From assembly GCA_964016885.1 (NCBI GenBank), contig OZ024742.1, positions 326,926,001-326,990,000 of the forward strand: a stretch of DNA of 64,000 bases. Direction: 5' to 3'. The translations under genes were made by a program, and so were the position numbers. Shown here piece after piece: positions 1 through 13,570 of the stretch. Each line of letters starts with the position of its first letter. Within the stretch, counting starts at the first letter, position 1. This DNA is from Eledone cirrhosa (Eukaryota). The notes under the pieces were generated by a model. The model was given only the letters and a program-made list of their open reading frames with translations. It had not been told where the DNA came from and searched no databases.

Positions 1-145
1 TGAGTTCAAATCCCGCCGAGGTTAGCTTTGCCTTTCATCCTTACTAGGTCGGTAGAATAAAGCACCAATAATGTACTGGGGTCAATTTAATCAACTTTCC
101 CTTCCCCAAAAATTGTTAGTCTTGCGCCTAAATCAGAAATCATTA
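1..145 (+). mobile_element. tRNA-derived SINE with Meta-like core (family A), 5' end cut by window edge
   Basis: B-box GAGTTCAAATCCC followed by GCCTTTCATCCTTAC-TAGGTCGGTAGAATAAAGCACCA core; same layout as the copy at 161-378. Confidence 0.8.
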
Positions 146-160
146 TATATAAGATATAAG

Positions 161-378
161 GGCGGTGGATTGGCAGTATCGGTAGAGGGTCAGACACCAT
201 GCTTTGTAGCATAGAGTTACGGATCTTTATGATCTGAGTTCAAATCCCGCCGAGGTTACCTTTGCCTTTCATTCTTACGGGGTCGATAAAATAAAGTACC
301 AGTCACGCACTGGGGTTGATTTAATCAACTTTCCCCCCTCTTCAAAATTGCTGGCCTTGTGCCTATATAAGAAACAAT
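161..378 (+). mobile_element. Full-length tRNA-derived SINE with Meta-like core (family A)
   Basis: A-box-like TGGCAGTATCGG, B-box GAGTTCAAATCCC, core GCCTTTCATTCTTACGGGGTCGATAAAATAAAGTACCAG, tail GCTGGCCTTGTGCCTA; more than 10 homologues in the window. Confidence 0.85.
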
Positions 379-764
379 TATATGTAAGATATATATTGTT
401 TTTTCTTTTAGCTCTTTTGAATTAATGAAAACTGGTGCTTTGTGCTACATTCCTGACAATTAAACCTGATGATATCCCCACACTCAGTGCCAAACCTTTT
501 GAATTGTAATTAAAATGCATAGCATAAAATCATTTCCTTTCTGACAGAATATGAACAAATTGCAAATAAGAGGTGTCAACCAGTTCTACTTATTGTATAT
601 GAAATGAAAATGAAATTTACAGAACATACCTACACTGGTTTAGCTGGCCTCCTACATGGTTGCATTATAAGTTTCTCATATGTTATCATGAAACACAACA
701 TAAAAGGAAACATCTTCCTTAAGAATACATCCCCCACTCTGTCCAGCAACCAAACCCTCTAACT

Positions 765-1062
765 CAGAAGTTGTCAAACTGTTTGGGTCACCGCCGCCCT
801 CGCGTATTTCCAGAGAGACTTCTCTATGTGCAAATTGTAAATAGTATATAATAAATAAAATCATTAATTTATAAATAATAATTAATATAATATATACTAT
901 GTATAAATAAATATTATATATATATTTTTTACTATATTTATATATAAAATGTATCATTTGATATTTAATATACTATTATATCATCTGTATTGCTCCACCA
1001 GTGCCCCCTAGACCTTCTCAACACCCTACGGTGGGTGGTAGTACCTACTTTGAGAACCTCTG
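765..1062. mobile_element. hAT (Charlie-like) MITE
   Basis: TIRs CAGAAGTTGTCAAA / TTTGAGAACCTCTG (12/14 match); perfect 8-bp TSD CTCTAACT at 757-764 and 1063-1070. Confidence 0.85.
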
Positions 1063-1374
1063 CTCTAACTACCACACTATGTGCCTTCACTTACTCATTG
1101 TATAGTGCCACAACTGTTACCAAATAAAAAGAAAAACTAATCCTTCCTGTACTAAACTCCCACCATAAACTAAATTCTTGCATGAGTGACGAGAGATTCA
1201 AGTGAATTGTAAGTGCAATGTCCTCTTTATGTAACAGCCGACATGCTTGTTCAGGTAGCAGATGTGTTGTATTTTTAGTTGCTGTCAAAAAGATTATTGC
1301 AAAAGAACGGCACCTACCCGTCATCACAATCACACACTATTTTCTTTCTTTTAAAACAAGATCCTAATTCTGAA

Positions 1375-1528
1375 ATGGCAAAGAATTGACAGAGTCATTA
1401 GAACAGCAGATAGCATATTTTATAGCATTCATTCTGGCTCTCTGCATTAAACCCACTGAGGCCAACTTTGCCTTTCATAATTTCAAGGTCAATAAAAAAA
1501 AGTACCTGTCCAGTATTGGGATCAATTC
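1375..1528 (+). mobile_element. Degenerate SINE family A
   Basis: ACTTTGCCTTTCATAATTTCAAGGTCAATAAAA..AGTACC core variant. Confidence 0.6.
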
Positions 1529-1532
1529 TTAC

Positions 1533-2105
1533 TAATAATAATAATAATGAAAATATTGTGTACAGTGCTCATGTGCACTACAACTCATCAAAAGTGTATG
1601 TATAGTACATAAGATAATGTACAAACGTCAGGAAAATGAACAGTGCATGAATATACACGTTATATACACATGTGTGCATGTGTATGGAAGGGGGACATCA
1701 GGTGTAGTTTTGACGAATTTCGGGAAGCATGAGGGTTTTAAAGGATGCAGTGTCTCGGCAGCTAATAACTGACGCAGGCAGTTTGTTCCATGCTTCAGCA
1801 ACTCGAAGCATGAAAAAATGTTTCTGAAAGTCATGGGAGCTGTGCTGTTTTCTGACTTTGTAGGCATGTCCACGTGTGTTAGACACATGGAGATCAAAAA
1901 GGTGCTCAGGGTTGCAATTTGGCGAGATGGTTAATAACTTTGTGGGTGTTTACCAAGTCCATTGCCAAACGTCGGAGCTTCAATGAATCCATGCCCAGGA
2001 AAAGCAAGACGTTCAGAGTATGGTAGGTGTCTGATGGAGGGTATGCGCTTGGTTGCACGTCTCTGAACAGTTTCCAGGAGGTCAATGTTCTGAGCAAGAT
2101 GGGGG
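1533..2105 (-). mobile_element. CR1/L2-group LINE 3' fragment (frameshifted ORF2 C-terminus + 3' UTR + (TTA)n tail)
   Basis: IDLLETVQRRATKRIP..LPYSERL..SLKLRRL..DL; TRGHAYKV..HFFMLRVAEAWNKLP..SFK motifs across frames; (AAT)n at 1534-1548 on plus. Confidence 0.85.
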
Positions 2106-2469
2106 TTAGATCTCTTTCTCACTTCTCTATCACTCTCTCACACTCCTTCTTTGGAGGAAATCAGGTGGGTTCAGACCTAGAAAAGTGGTACTCTGCCAGG
2201 GTTAAAATGCCCAAGACATTGTCACCTGGAGTTACGGGTCCATACATACAATCCTGAAATATTATGAAAGGTAAAAATGAAATCTGTTGTTTCTAATATC
2301 AAACTTGCTTTCTATGACCTTTCCTAAAACACTCCTAACCACATATTCCACAATACTTTGTATAAACTATATTCCTTTATTATATTACATTTTTTTCTCC
2401 TACATGGGTGTTGGTGCCATGATGAAAGGCACTTGAAAGACTCAGTAAAGTGGTCAGCATTTGTGGTAT

Positions 2470-2700
2470 CAACATAAGGCAGGGAAGACTTCAGTTATGT
2501 CAAGGACCTGATAACCTTTCTAGTATTGGTACCATGACAAAATCTACCTAGTAAACTCTGTAATGTGATGGTATTCACGGTAACATAGGGCATAGAGGAC
2601 TTCAATTATGTCTAAGACCTGACAACCTTTATAATACTAGTTCCATGACAAAATCTAGCTAGTACACTCTGTAAAGTGGTTGACATTAGGAAGGGCATGT
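2470..2700 (+). repeat. Degenerate ~112-bp tandem duplication of a SINE/RTE-UTR-like segment
   Basis: GACTTCA.TTATGTC..GACCTGA.AACCTTT...CCATGACAAAATCTA.CTAGTA.ACTCTGTAA occurs twice; ends in TTAGGAAGGGCAT. Confidence 0.6.
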
Positions 2701-3489
2701 CAACATGGAATGTATTGGCTGAGACATGATCCTTTCACTCATCTCACATGCAGTGGTTTATCATATGGAGGTAGTGAATACCATGTGGCAGTATGGACAT
2801 GTATTGTTTCTACTTCTGAGGACCACACTATGCACTCTGATATGCATTAAAGGTGGATATAGTGTGGTAATTTAAGCATGCATTGTCATTATCTTTTGAT
2901 AACCATACCATGCACTCCAACATCCAGTAGGGATAGACGCAGCATAGCAGTGAAAATGAGTTATATAGTCCATCAAATCAGATAGCAAAGCAATATAAGA
3001 GGAAAGCAATATAAGACTTTTTGTTCTCTCAAATAGTGTTTCTAAAGCATGACAGCAAGACAGAACACAGCCCTAACACATCCAAAACAATCATCTGACA
3101 GGGTGGATTGAGTGCTTTTCATCATGACCATCTACAAGGTGGACTGAGTGCTTTTTTGTTGTATCACCAGCATGACTACTTTACAGGGCAGACTGTCCAG
3201 GTTAAATTCACCACCTGGCCCCTTACAAATATTAAGCCCAGGTGTCTGGTTTGAAATACCTTCCACCATTCCTCCCAACCAACCTCAGAGAAGAGTCATG
3301 GGCACTGCCCCATGGTTCTATGAAGCAAAATAATTTATAATGAAAGCTTTAAATTGAAATATGATCTCTTTAAAACAAACAGTTTTTTTTTATCATAGAA
3401 CCAGGTAAGGTTTCAGACAATTTAATATTAAAATATTTAGGTTCTTACAGAAAATTATAATGAGCTGCTTAACTTTAAATAAAAACTCT

Positions 3490-3741
3490 TTAACCCTTTA
3501 ACATTTAAACTGGCCATATCCAGTTAGAATTCTCTCACCTCTTTTTATCAAAACTAGCTATAACCAGCTGCTCATACTGATGTTAAGGTATTGTTCTCAA
3601 AATTAATAATATCAAAATCTCATAGATTCAATATTATATGAGATAATTATTAGGCTTTATAATATTATATGAGATAATTATTAGCCTTTACCACAAAAAT
3701 ACCATAGTAAATATAGAGTAATGTAAATGCTGAATGGTTAA
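3490..3741. mobile_element. piggyBac-like (TTAA) MITE, family P
   Basis: TTAACCCTTTA.CATTTA ... TAAATGCTGAATGGTTAA; homologous to 26322-26546. Confidence 0.75.
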
Positions 3742-4555
3742 GACAGTTTTCTATCATAGATTAAAAAAGGATTCAGGCTGTTTTGTATTAAAACGTTTAA
3801 TTATTCAATCACGCAATATCTAGTAGTGTACTAGCCAATAACATCTAATCTAGAGCAATAAATTTTGATATAGCTGGGAGGATAATAAGTCAAAGTTAAA
3901 TGAGGAGACAATTTACATTGTCAGAAGCAGAACAAACACATACATGTATAGAGTTAACAAAAGGATACAAACAAAAGATGGCCTAGTAGTCTGATAGTTA
4001 AGGTGTATTTTTTTGTTTCAAGTTAGCGACAACAGACACAAGCATGGCTTCATTCCCAGCCAGAGAGAAAAAAGGCCATCAATTATTTGGATTTTTTTTA
4101 TTGTTAATATATATATTCATATATACTGAATCAGCATTTTTTTATATTTTGTGCACACATACACAGATACACATACATTACACAAACACACACACACGCC
4201 ATCATCATCATTTAATTGTTGTTTTCCCTACTAAACATATACACACATACATACACACTTTTACATACATGTGTATATATATATATATATATGTTCACAT
4301 GTTCACACACAAACAAACATGAATATATATATATATATACACACAGACAGAGGCATTAATAAGCACACAAATGTGTGTGTGAGTTCACACACATACAAAT
4401 ATGCATACACATACATACACACATTCACGGACTAATATATATTCACATATTTAGATAACCCATTTTATCACTATTAATGTCTTGGACTAATAAAGCTACA
4501 TAATGATATCTTTATTAAACAAGAAACTATTATCCACATATACATATAGCTACAG

Positions 4556-4700
4556 ACAGGCATGGCTCGGTGGTTAAGAAGTTCACTTTGTAACCAGGTC
4601 GTTCCAAATTCAATCCCATTGTGCAGCATTTTGGGCAAGTGACTTCTACCATAGACTAACAGCTTGTGAATGGAATTTGGGAGTTAGAACCCATTCAGAA
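4556..4700 (+). mobile_element. CORE-type tRNA SINE remnant
   Basis: CAGGCATGGCTCGGTGGTTAAGAAGTT head, TTCAATCCC B-box remnant, TTGGGCAAGTGACTTCTAC CORE-like segment. Confidence 0.65.
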
Positions 4701-4939
4701 ACCTGTCTATTGACCAACAGAAAACAGTGTGGTCACAACTAGAAAAACATTAACATATTCTTTTGTTTTCTCACTTGCCTCAGTCAGTAGACAGCGGCCA
4801 TGTTGGAGCACAGCATTGATTTAGTTAACCATATTGGCCCTAGTACTTATTTAATCCATAGCTAAGTTACACGACACAAATGTAAACACAGACACACACA
4901 CACACATGGACACAGGGATGCATGCGTGCACACACACAC

Positions 4940-5078
4940 AAACTTCTGCAGTTTCTGTCTAATAAATTCCACTCACAAGGAATTGGTCAACCCAAGGCTA
5001 TGGTAGAAGACATTTGCCCAAGTTGCCATACTGAACCAACTGGTTGTGAAGTGAACTCCTTAACCACTCAGCCATGCA
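4940..5078 (-). mobile_element. CORE-type SINE remnant
   Basis: Reverse of GCATGGCTGAGTGGTTAAG head and TTGGGCAAATGTCTTCTACCATAGCC. Confidence 0.6.
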
Positions 5079-5271
5079 TTTGCTATGTATTCATAACTTG
5101 AAACATATTTATTCACACACTAGAAAAACTGTGTATTCACAATTTGAAAAAAATGTATAATGACAATGACAACTAGAAAGTCACATATTCACAACTTAAG
5201 AATTGTATATCTTAAACATGAAAAATGACTTGAAAATGTCTATCATAATTTGAGAAAAATGCATATCACAA

Positions 5272-5482
5272 TTTAACCATTTAAACTAGCTGTATCCGGT
5301 CAGAATTCTCTAACTTCTTTCTGTTAAAAACAGCCATAACCAGCTGCTCATACTAATGTTAAGGTATTGTTCTCAAAATAAATAATATCAAAATCTCATA
5401 GATCAATATAATGTGAGATAAAGCATTTACCACCAAAATACACTGGTATATATATAGAGGAATGTAAATGCTAAAGGGTTAA
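5272..5482. mobile_element. piggyBac-like MITE family P
   Basis: Internal homology to family P; right TIR TAAATGCTAAAGGG+TTAA. Confidence 0.75.
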
Positions 5483-5505
5483 AGAATCACATATAATTTA
5501 ATGTG

Positions 5506-5920
5506 AAGAAACATGTATGACAACTTTAAGAAACATGTATATGACAACTTTAAGAAACGTTATTCTGTGTTTACTGTTGTATTTTCACAGTAAAAGGCTT
5601 TACTCACATAATTATCTAACATAATATCAAAATTACAAGATTTTGATGATAATATTTTGAGAACAATACCTTAACATAAGTATGAGTAGCTGGTTACAGC
5701 CGGTTTGAACAAAAAGAGGTGAGAGAATTCTGGCCAGATATGGCCAGTTAAAATGCTAAAGGGTTAAGAAACGTATGACAACTTTAAGAAACATGTATCA
5801 CAACTTTAAGAAACATGTATGACAACCTTAAGAAACATGTATGACAACTTTAAGAAACATGTATCACAACTTTAAGAAACATGTATCACAACTTTAAGAA
5901 ACATGTATATCAAAACTTTG
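5506..5920 (+). repeat. 22-bp minisatellite (AAGAAACATGTATGACAACTTT) interrupted by an inverted family P MITE (~5560-5766)
   Basis: About 9 copies read directly; degenerate TATTCACAACTTGAAAA units extend over ~5090-6130. Confidence 0.8.
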
Positions 5921-6494
5921 AAAATAGACCATGAATTCACAACTGGACAAAAAATGTATTCACAACAGAAAAAAAAACACACAATAAAACGTATTCATTA
6001 CAAGAATAAAACTTGAAGAAATATATCCCAACTTAAAAATAGTGTATGACAACTTAAAAAAAAGAACGTATATTCAGAATTCAAATAAACAAGTAACACA
6101 ACTTAAAATATGAGGAACACAACTTGAAAAACATCCAACCACATACTCAGCTCACTGGAATATCTTACTTACCCTTCGTGAATCTATAGTACTTGCATTG
6201 GGTTAATAAATTTTTGGTTTTAACTAGAAGAAAACAAAATATCTGCCTTCTTTCTTATTTCTATGATGATAAATAATAAGAGATATATTCCCCCGAACCT
6301 AGAATATACAGGTGATGTATGGTGATGCACTAATAACTATTAATTTGCAGGTTTTGGCACTTGTTGAGGGAAGAGGAGGACAGTGGTAGAGAGATAAGGA
6401 GTGTGAAGATATGTAATGGTGAAAAGAGAACTCACACACAGAAATGTGCACAAACGTGTGTGTGTGTGTATAAAAACACACACACACATGTATG

Positions 6495-6555
<61 letters not shown>

Positions 6556-7103
6556 CTATATATATATACATGAAACAAAAATATCTGCATATATATAAAA
6601 TCAGACAGACGCTTCTCTCTTCTAAATAAATAAACAAGAATGAAGGAAAACAGAACACGAACGACCAAATAAATAGTGTATATTCATGTGTGCACATATG
6701 CATACACAAATACACACAGATAAATATGCAAACATACACATGTACACACACAGTGGCAAAATGCCAAATATAGTGAGTCATCATTGGAAGATTATAAACT
6801 AATGCATCAGGTGTTCAAATCCCCTGCTGGCATCTCTATGTGACTGCTCAGAATATACAACTCAACACGCCCCAGTTAATCCAACTATTAGAAATACTGA
6901 GTTAATGATATCTTTTCTGTACCACAATTATTTTTAAATAGCTTGTTTGATGCTCACTACCTTAAATATGTCAAGACTGACTTGATTATGTTTTTTGCTT
7001 TTTTTCAAGCAGATGGGGTTCCAAAGTAATTTCTCACAGCAATTAATTCTATAAAATGCACTATAGATTGTGCAGAAATACAGGCGTGTGTACATGGTAA
7101 AGA

Positions 7104-7190
7104 GGTTTCCAGGTTGTATCCATACACCCATGTCACATTTTCAGTGATCAATGTATTCAGGAACTCAGGATCCTTGTTCGCAATAGCAGT
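7104..7190 (-). pseudogene. mariner transposase fragment
   Basis: Minus strand reads NKDPEFLNTLITENVTWVYGYNLET, a decayed version of the mariner D(P)xFLxxIITGDETWVYxYDPET motif. Confidence 0.55.
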
Positions 7191-7329
7191 CGAAATGAAA
7201 ATACAACAAAAAGCACAGCAACATCACAGTGGCTACCTGACATCAACTGATCCATGCTTACAAAGGTTGAACAGGTCTTTTCCAGCACAACTTCTTTCCA
7301 CTCATTATATTTCTTTGTCATCACCCCTG

Positions 7330-7870
7330 TGAACTACACCGATTTGTGATCAACTCTCACCATCTCAGTCCAGGTTAGATCTTCCTCTACTGCAGCTTCC
7401 TTCTGAGATTTCTTGGCACTTCTTCACACATTCATCATCCATATGCATCACTTGTCAATATCAGCACAGTTTTCTCTTTTGCACACTCCATCTGATTTTT
7501 CTTACACTCATTTTTTCTGTCAATTCATCCAGCTTCACTGTTTATGCACATTAATATCACACATCCATGGAAACACGCCCACTTTATTTATTTCCAGGTT
7601 TCTCATATCCTCTGCATTCGTTGCTCATGTCTCACTACCATGCAGCATCACACTTTGCATACAGGCATTATACAGCAGGCCTTTTGTTTGCAAAGAGAAG
7701 CTTTTTATTACCAACAGGGCTAATAGTTCCTAAACTTTTTCCATCCTTTTCCTACTCTAATTACTATGCTCTCAGATCAACCTCCTTCACTGTTAATTAG
7801 GTTACATAGATAACAGAAGCTTTCAACTACTTCTATGGAGCCTTCTTATTTCACTGGTGCACTTACAACT
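7330..7870 (-). mobile_element. Old RTE LINE ORF C-terminal remnant
   Basis: Degenerate homology to the RTE copies at 36100-36600 and 52900-53500 (LHGSET, WKKFRELL, RKLRWYG-type segments). Confidence 0.6.
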
Positions 7871-9024
7871 AAATATCCTTATACATCTGCCACATACAAA
7901 GTCTACCTTTTCAAAATATGGCTCGACTTCAGAAAACTTAGGTTAGAAGGTATCATCCCAACCCATGCAAGAATGGGAAAAGAAGATGTAAAAATGATGA
8001 GAATAGATAGTGTGTGAAGATTATTAAAAGAATTTAATATCTAACCTGCTTGGCACTGTCGGTGACATAAGTTGCTGACAGAGTAATCTCCCCTTAATAT
8101 ATAATACAGTGTCAAGGGAAGCAATTCATAAAAAAATTCAGGGTCCTAAAGATTAAACTGTGTCAGAGATTGTGTGAAATAACTATAACGTTTGCTTCAA
8201 TTTTTCGAGAAATAATTCTTTGCTGAGCTACCTCTAGTTTACTGTTTCTTAGAATATTTTCTATTTTGAAACTAAGAAGTAAAGTTGCTTACTGACAGCT
8301 GAAGGTAGCTGTGGCAAGAGGAAGTTAGAAGATGTGGAAAGAGTTTGCTAGATTTAGAGACATAATAATGATTTTGATTGTACTATATTGGGAACTGATA
8401 CAATAATCAACACCTTATCAGGATGTTAACAGCTAATTCTATATTCGGCCTATCAAGAATTTGTTCCATAATAAGACGTCTATTTTTGTGTTTTATTCTG
8501 TGATGGAAAAATGGTTTTTATCAGCTCGTGTTTTCTTTTCTGGTTTGGATTTGTGTTATAATGTAGTCCTTCTGTGTTACAAACACATAGTTAACAGGTG
8601 TTTGCATGTGCCACACATACACAAACACACGCATATTTATACACACACACACTTAAACACACACTCACATACACACATTATCATCCACATCATTTAACGT
8701 CTGTTTTCCCTGTAAGGAAAGGTATATTTATACTCATATACATAAGGAATAGCTTTTCTTTTAGACATGTTGTTATCAACAACAAACAACATGCATGTAA
8801 ATCTGAGACTCGTAAGGAAATATGGAATAATAATATAAGTAAAAAAAAAGCTAAAACTGGGACAAAATGGAGTAGACAGAAACTGTTTGGAAGTCTGTCA
8901 ATTCAAAGGGCCAGCCTTGTCACACCCTGTGTCATGCTGCATCACCGTGAAAATTATGTAGAATATATATATCTGTTGAAAATTCAGCCACTTAGATGTT
9001 CATTCAAAGAATAGAAATCCATTT

Positions 9025-9305
9025 ACATGGCCTTGTGGTGTGTTAGACTTAGGATCATAATGCCGTGGGTTTGATTCCTGGACTGTGTTGTGTGCCAAGT
9101 TCTTGAGCAAAACATTTTATATCATGTTACTCCAGTATACTCAGCTGAAAATGAGTACCAGCAGTAGCTAGGGGTTTAACCCTGCGATGCACTGGCATCC
9201 TTTCCGGGGGGGGGGGGGGGGGTCTTGAACTCTCAGTCACTTAAAAGTATGGAAACTAAGATAAGCACTGGCCGGATGAGCCTCCAGGCTCAAGACAGAC
9301 TTTAG
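9025..9305 (+). mobile_element. CORE-type tRNA SINE with CCCTGCGATG-type 3' module
   Basis: CATGGCC head, GTTTGATTCC B-box remnant, TTCTTGAGCAAAACA..CTCCAGTATACTCAGCTGAAAATGAGTACC; homologue at 22419-22610. Confidence 0.7.
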
Positions 9306-9492
9306 ACATTGTTTTCATAGACTACAATCTATGCACATAGCAAATCTTTGAGCAATGTACAAGAATCAATGCATCTGGCAGATTCTTTAACCAATGCACA
9401 ATCATCAGATGCCAACAAGCAGGCTGCCATGAAATCAGTTACTTGTAATTTTATGTGCAAATGAACTAACATACAACATGTTTATGTATAAT

Positions 9493-9765
9493 AAACATTT
9501 TTTGTTGCTCAGAGTTGCTGACGCATGGAACAAACTATCTGCATCTGTTGTTAGCTGTCAGGACACTGCATCCTACAAAACTTCCATGCTTCCCATAATT
9601 CACCAACACTACACCTGATATTTCCTTTCCGTATACACACATACATGTGTGTCCATGTGTATATCATGGATCATACACTGTTCACTTTCCTAACATTTGT
9701 ACTATACCTTTGCTGAGTTGTAGTGCACCTGAGCATTGTACACAATAATTTTCATTATCATTATT
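9493..9765 (+). mobile_element. CR1/L2-group LINE 3' end (same family as 1533-2105)
   Basis: AGAGTTGCTGACGCATGGAACAAACT (RVADAWNKL) and 3' UTR GAGTTGTAGTGCACCTGAGCATTGTACACAATAAT. Confidence 0.8.
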
Positions 9766-9767
9766 TA

Positions 9768-9978
9768 CGGTGGATTGGCAGTGTCGGTGGAGGGTCGGAC
9801 ACCATGCTTTGCAGCAAAGAGTTACAGCTCTTTATGATCTGTGTTCAAATCCCACCGAGGTTAACTTTGCCTTTCATCCTTATGTGGTCGATAAAATAAA
9901 GTACCAGTCACGCACTGGGGTCGATTTAATCGACTTTCCCCTCCCCCCAAATTACTGGCCTTGTATAAGAAACCATTA
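9768..9978 (+). mobile_element. Full-length SINE family A
   Basis: Head GGTGGATTGGCAGTGTCGG, B-box GTTCAAATCCC, Meta-like core, tail. Confidence 0.85.
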
Positions 9979-11249
9979 TCATTTACACCTTTAGCTTGAA
10001 TGTTACTCAGAGCTTTAGGCTTATTTAAAATTTTAGAATTATTTAGATTTTACAAGTTATTTAGAGTGTTGGAGTGAGTTACTTAGGGCTTAGGACTTAT
10101 GAACTTTCAATATATTTAGAGCTTTAAACATATCTAAAATTTTTAATTTATTTAAAGTTTAAAATTTTTTTAGATCAATAATCTTTTTTTTTTTTTTGTA
10201 TTTAAGAGAAATTAGAGTTATTTAATGACAGCAAGATTTTTAAAGTCATTCACTGTGCTACAGCAGGGATGTAGCCTTGCACACCTCATGACAAGCTTCA
10301 TACTCACAATGACAATGTTTTATAACCAGATGCCCTTCTTGGTACCAACACTTTTAGTTACCCCTTACGACATGCAGGAATACACTGAACTTATTATTCT
10401 AAAGTATTATTCAGAGCTATTTAAAACTTTAATGTTAATTTAGTTTTAGTAAATACAGAAGAAAAAAGGGTGTAACAAGTACTCTCAGGTCTTGAATAAT
10501 CAACCCCCTTCCCTTATTAATTTTCCATATTTTTTGCCAACTCCCGCGACTAATTAAATTTTGCTAATCTATCTCCGGCAAAATGTTATTGTAAGTAACT
10601 CATTGATACTGCAGCTTCAGAATCAAATAATATTATATATGACAAAAGAAAAGAACATTACAAAAAATCCCATATTTACATACATACACTATACAATTAC
10701 CAAACATACCCCTGTTTATTACAAACCCACATCCCCTTATAAGAATTTAAGCAAATGTCCACACACACACACCAACTCCCAACCCGGCTTATTCCACCCC
10801 CACCCCTGTTATTTCGAACCAGAGAGTATATTATTCCACTTTACATAAAATTCTGCTTTGGAGTGTCACATGAAACAGATATCCATTGATATCCATTGAT
10901 AAAGAAAATATCATGCAATATAGAAGAGAAACTTTATAAGGACACCTCATATAACACTGTAACTGCTTGGGAGATTAATTAAGCTTAGTATTAACACTGC
11001 ATAAAAGATCATTATTATTCAGAGGCTGGTGCTGGTACAAGTTAGATAAATGATACTGATATATACAGATAAAGTAACAAGGCTTATCATGGGAGACATA
11101 TTGCTAAGGGTTGACATTTGGCAGGATAGGGTTTCTTCCTCCTCCATATGAGAAGACCAAAAACTGAGTCAACTTACTAAATACCTCATAAATTAACACA
11201 AGATAACTGAGATCTCTAGATGCTAAATGACAATGGAAAGTTTAGGAGT

Positions 11250-11560
11250 AATGATGGTTGTGGTGGTGGTGGTGGTGGTGTGGCAGTAGTAAAGGTTGTG
11301 GTGATGGTGGTGGTCGTGGTGGTGGTGGTGTGGCAGTAGTAACAGTAGTGGTGGTGTGGTGGTGATGGTGTAGCAATAGTGAAGGTTGTGGTGATGGTGT
11401 GGCAGTAGTAACAGTGGTGGTGGTAGTGGTGATGGTGTGGCAGTAATAAAGGATGTGGTGGTAGTGGAAAAGGTGTCAGTTACTAACACTGTTAGCAGTG
11501 GGGTGAATGTGGTGATGGTAGTGTGGCAGCAATGGCATGGTTATGTAGTTATGGTGGTGT
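11250..11560. repeat. (GGT/AGT)n low-complexity tract
   Basis: Direct reading. Confidence 0.85.
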
Positions 11561-12201
11561 TAGTGCAGAGGGGTGGAGGAGGGACTTCTCATTACAACTG
11601 ATAAAAACAAATGACTCAACTGACCCAGCAACTATACTAAACAATTTGAAATTTACAAGAGAGAGAGAGAGGGGGGAGGGGGAGAAAGAGAAGTGAGAGA
11701 GGCTCAGAAATTTAGAAACAAACAAACACACACACCCACACACAAAGAGAGGGGGGAAAGGGAGTAATAATATCCATGACCCTTTTCCGGACCTCAAAAC
11801 TAGTGGGGAATGAGAGAGCAAGGAATTCTTGGAAGTGTTTAGCAGATGGAAAAAGACGAGATGATCCCATCTGAAATGCCTTTGACCATATATCTGTTCT
11901 ATCAGGGTTTACCAGAGGCTAAACAGCAACAACTACAAGTACTACTACATAGGCCCTTATGTCCATATGTGGACAACAGGGTAGAAATTACTGGACTGCT
12001 ATATATGACTGCTGGAGATATTATAGTTCCTGTAATGAGATGGAAACCAAGGTCAGCCCGGTGAATATTTGAACTCAGAACATAAAGGGACATAACTACA
12101 GATGCATCATGGCTGAATGGTTGATAAAAAATTCACTACACAATCAAAAGGTCTTGCGTTTAATCACGCTGAATGACATCTTGGGAAAATGTCATTTACC
12201 A

Positions 12202-12500
12202 GTCTGGGATGCCACATGCAGTGTCACATTCTCCAGTGGCAACCTGGTGTAGTCTGCGACTAACCCTCGTTCTGCTGCACTTTGAGCTGAGGAGAGTAAA
12301 CTCTCCAAACATTGGTCACTCTCCAACAGGTTTGCAGTCAAGTTCGTAGCAGTGGAGACTTCTGGTGTCCTTGGCCCTAGGGCTACCTCCCTACTCACCA
12401 CCATTGGCGCAAAGTTGGCTAGCCACAAGAGTGAGCTGGAATGGCTCTTCCACCACAATCCTCCGGGGAAACACCTTCTCTATTTTGTCCACCGGGGCTG
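12202..12500 (+). pseudogene. CRE-clade non-LTR retrotransposon fragment (restriction-like endonuclease C-terminus)
   Basis: VWDATCSVTF..SAAL*AEESKLSKHWSL..FVAVETSGVLGPRA..L..IG..ILRGNTFSIL, matching the CRE RLE pattern WDAT..AA..AE..K..K..AVET.G..G..QRGN; in-frame stops. Confidence 0.75.
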
Positions 12501-12539
12501 TGGGGCAGCAAGCACATGAGCCCCCCATTTGCTCATAAT

Positions 12540-12718
12540 AATTGTTTCTACTTTTGGCACAAGGCCAGCAATTATTCCAATGCATTGCAGGTCCTTTATT
12601 TTATCGACCCCATAAGGATGGAAAGTTAACCTCGGCAGGATTTGAACTCAGACCGTAAAGGGGCATAACTATGCTACAAAGCATAGTGTCAGACCCTCTA
12701 CCGATACTGCCAATCCAA
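12540..12718 (-). mobile_element. SINE family A
   Basis: Reverse complement of head, B-box, core and tail. Confidence 0.8.
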
Positions 12719-13570
12719 ATAATGAGAGACAGGGAGAGCAGGAGAGATGGAGGCAATGACGGTGGGAGTTTGGTTCTTCTGTGTTCAGATCTGGTGTACA
12801 TATGTGTGTGTGTGACTGATGTATTTGAACATTAACTGTAGAGCTGTTTTATAACAATTGGGACATTTCTGTTTGTTTGTAAACTATAGTCCAGTCTCAG
12901 GTTGACCCAAGATTTGAGAATGAAATTCGTTAAACCAAAACTATTTGGAAGCCAGTTGAATGAACTGTAGCTGTAATTTATAAAAAAGCCAGCTTTGTTA
13001 AACACTGTGTCATGCTACATCTCCCTGAGAATTATGTCAAGAGTACACATGTCTGAGGAATGCTCAACAACATACACATTAACTTCATGAACAGGTTATT
13101 CCATTGATCAAACAACTGAACACTCACTATTCAAACCAATGGAGATGCATTATTATTTTCTTTTGTTTTTGTTTTCCAGTTTCTGTCATGACGGCAAAAT
13201 ATCTCAACCCACAACAAACAGCATCACTACCATCATCATCATCATCAACAGTACTATTACTAACTCCACCCCAACTCCCCACCAAGATTGTCACCAGTTA
13301 CATGTGGCAATTTTCATGCTCCCCCCAAATTCCAGCCTAATATAGCCGATATAAAAATAGTAGGAAATATCAAAAGAAATAATTTTTCCTAGCAACACAA
13401 GTAATTAATTAGTAACAGACCAAAGGAGCGCAAGCAACGTGTACTATATATGTGTATGTGTGTGTGTATATATACACATACACACACAATCTATGCATAT
13501 ATGTGTGTGTGTAGAGAGAGAGAGAGGTGTGTGTGTATATATTGATATACATATATACATACATATATAT

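Noticed and set aside
5506-5920. Short direct repeats resembling a CRISPR array
   Set aside because: Repeats are contiguous with no unique spacers; eukaryotic context; no cas genes
9250-9300. Hammerhead-like GAAAC...GGATGAGCC in a SINE tail
   Set aside because: Core is not CUGANGA and stems I and III cannot be formed
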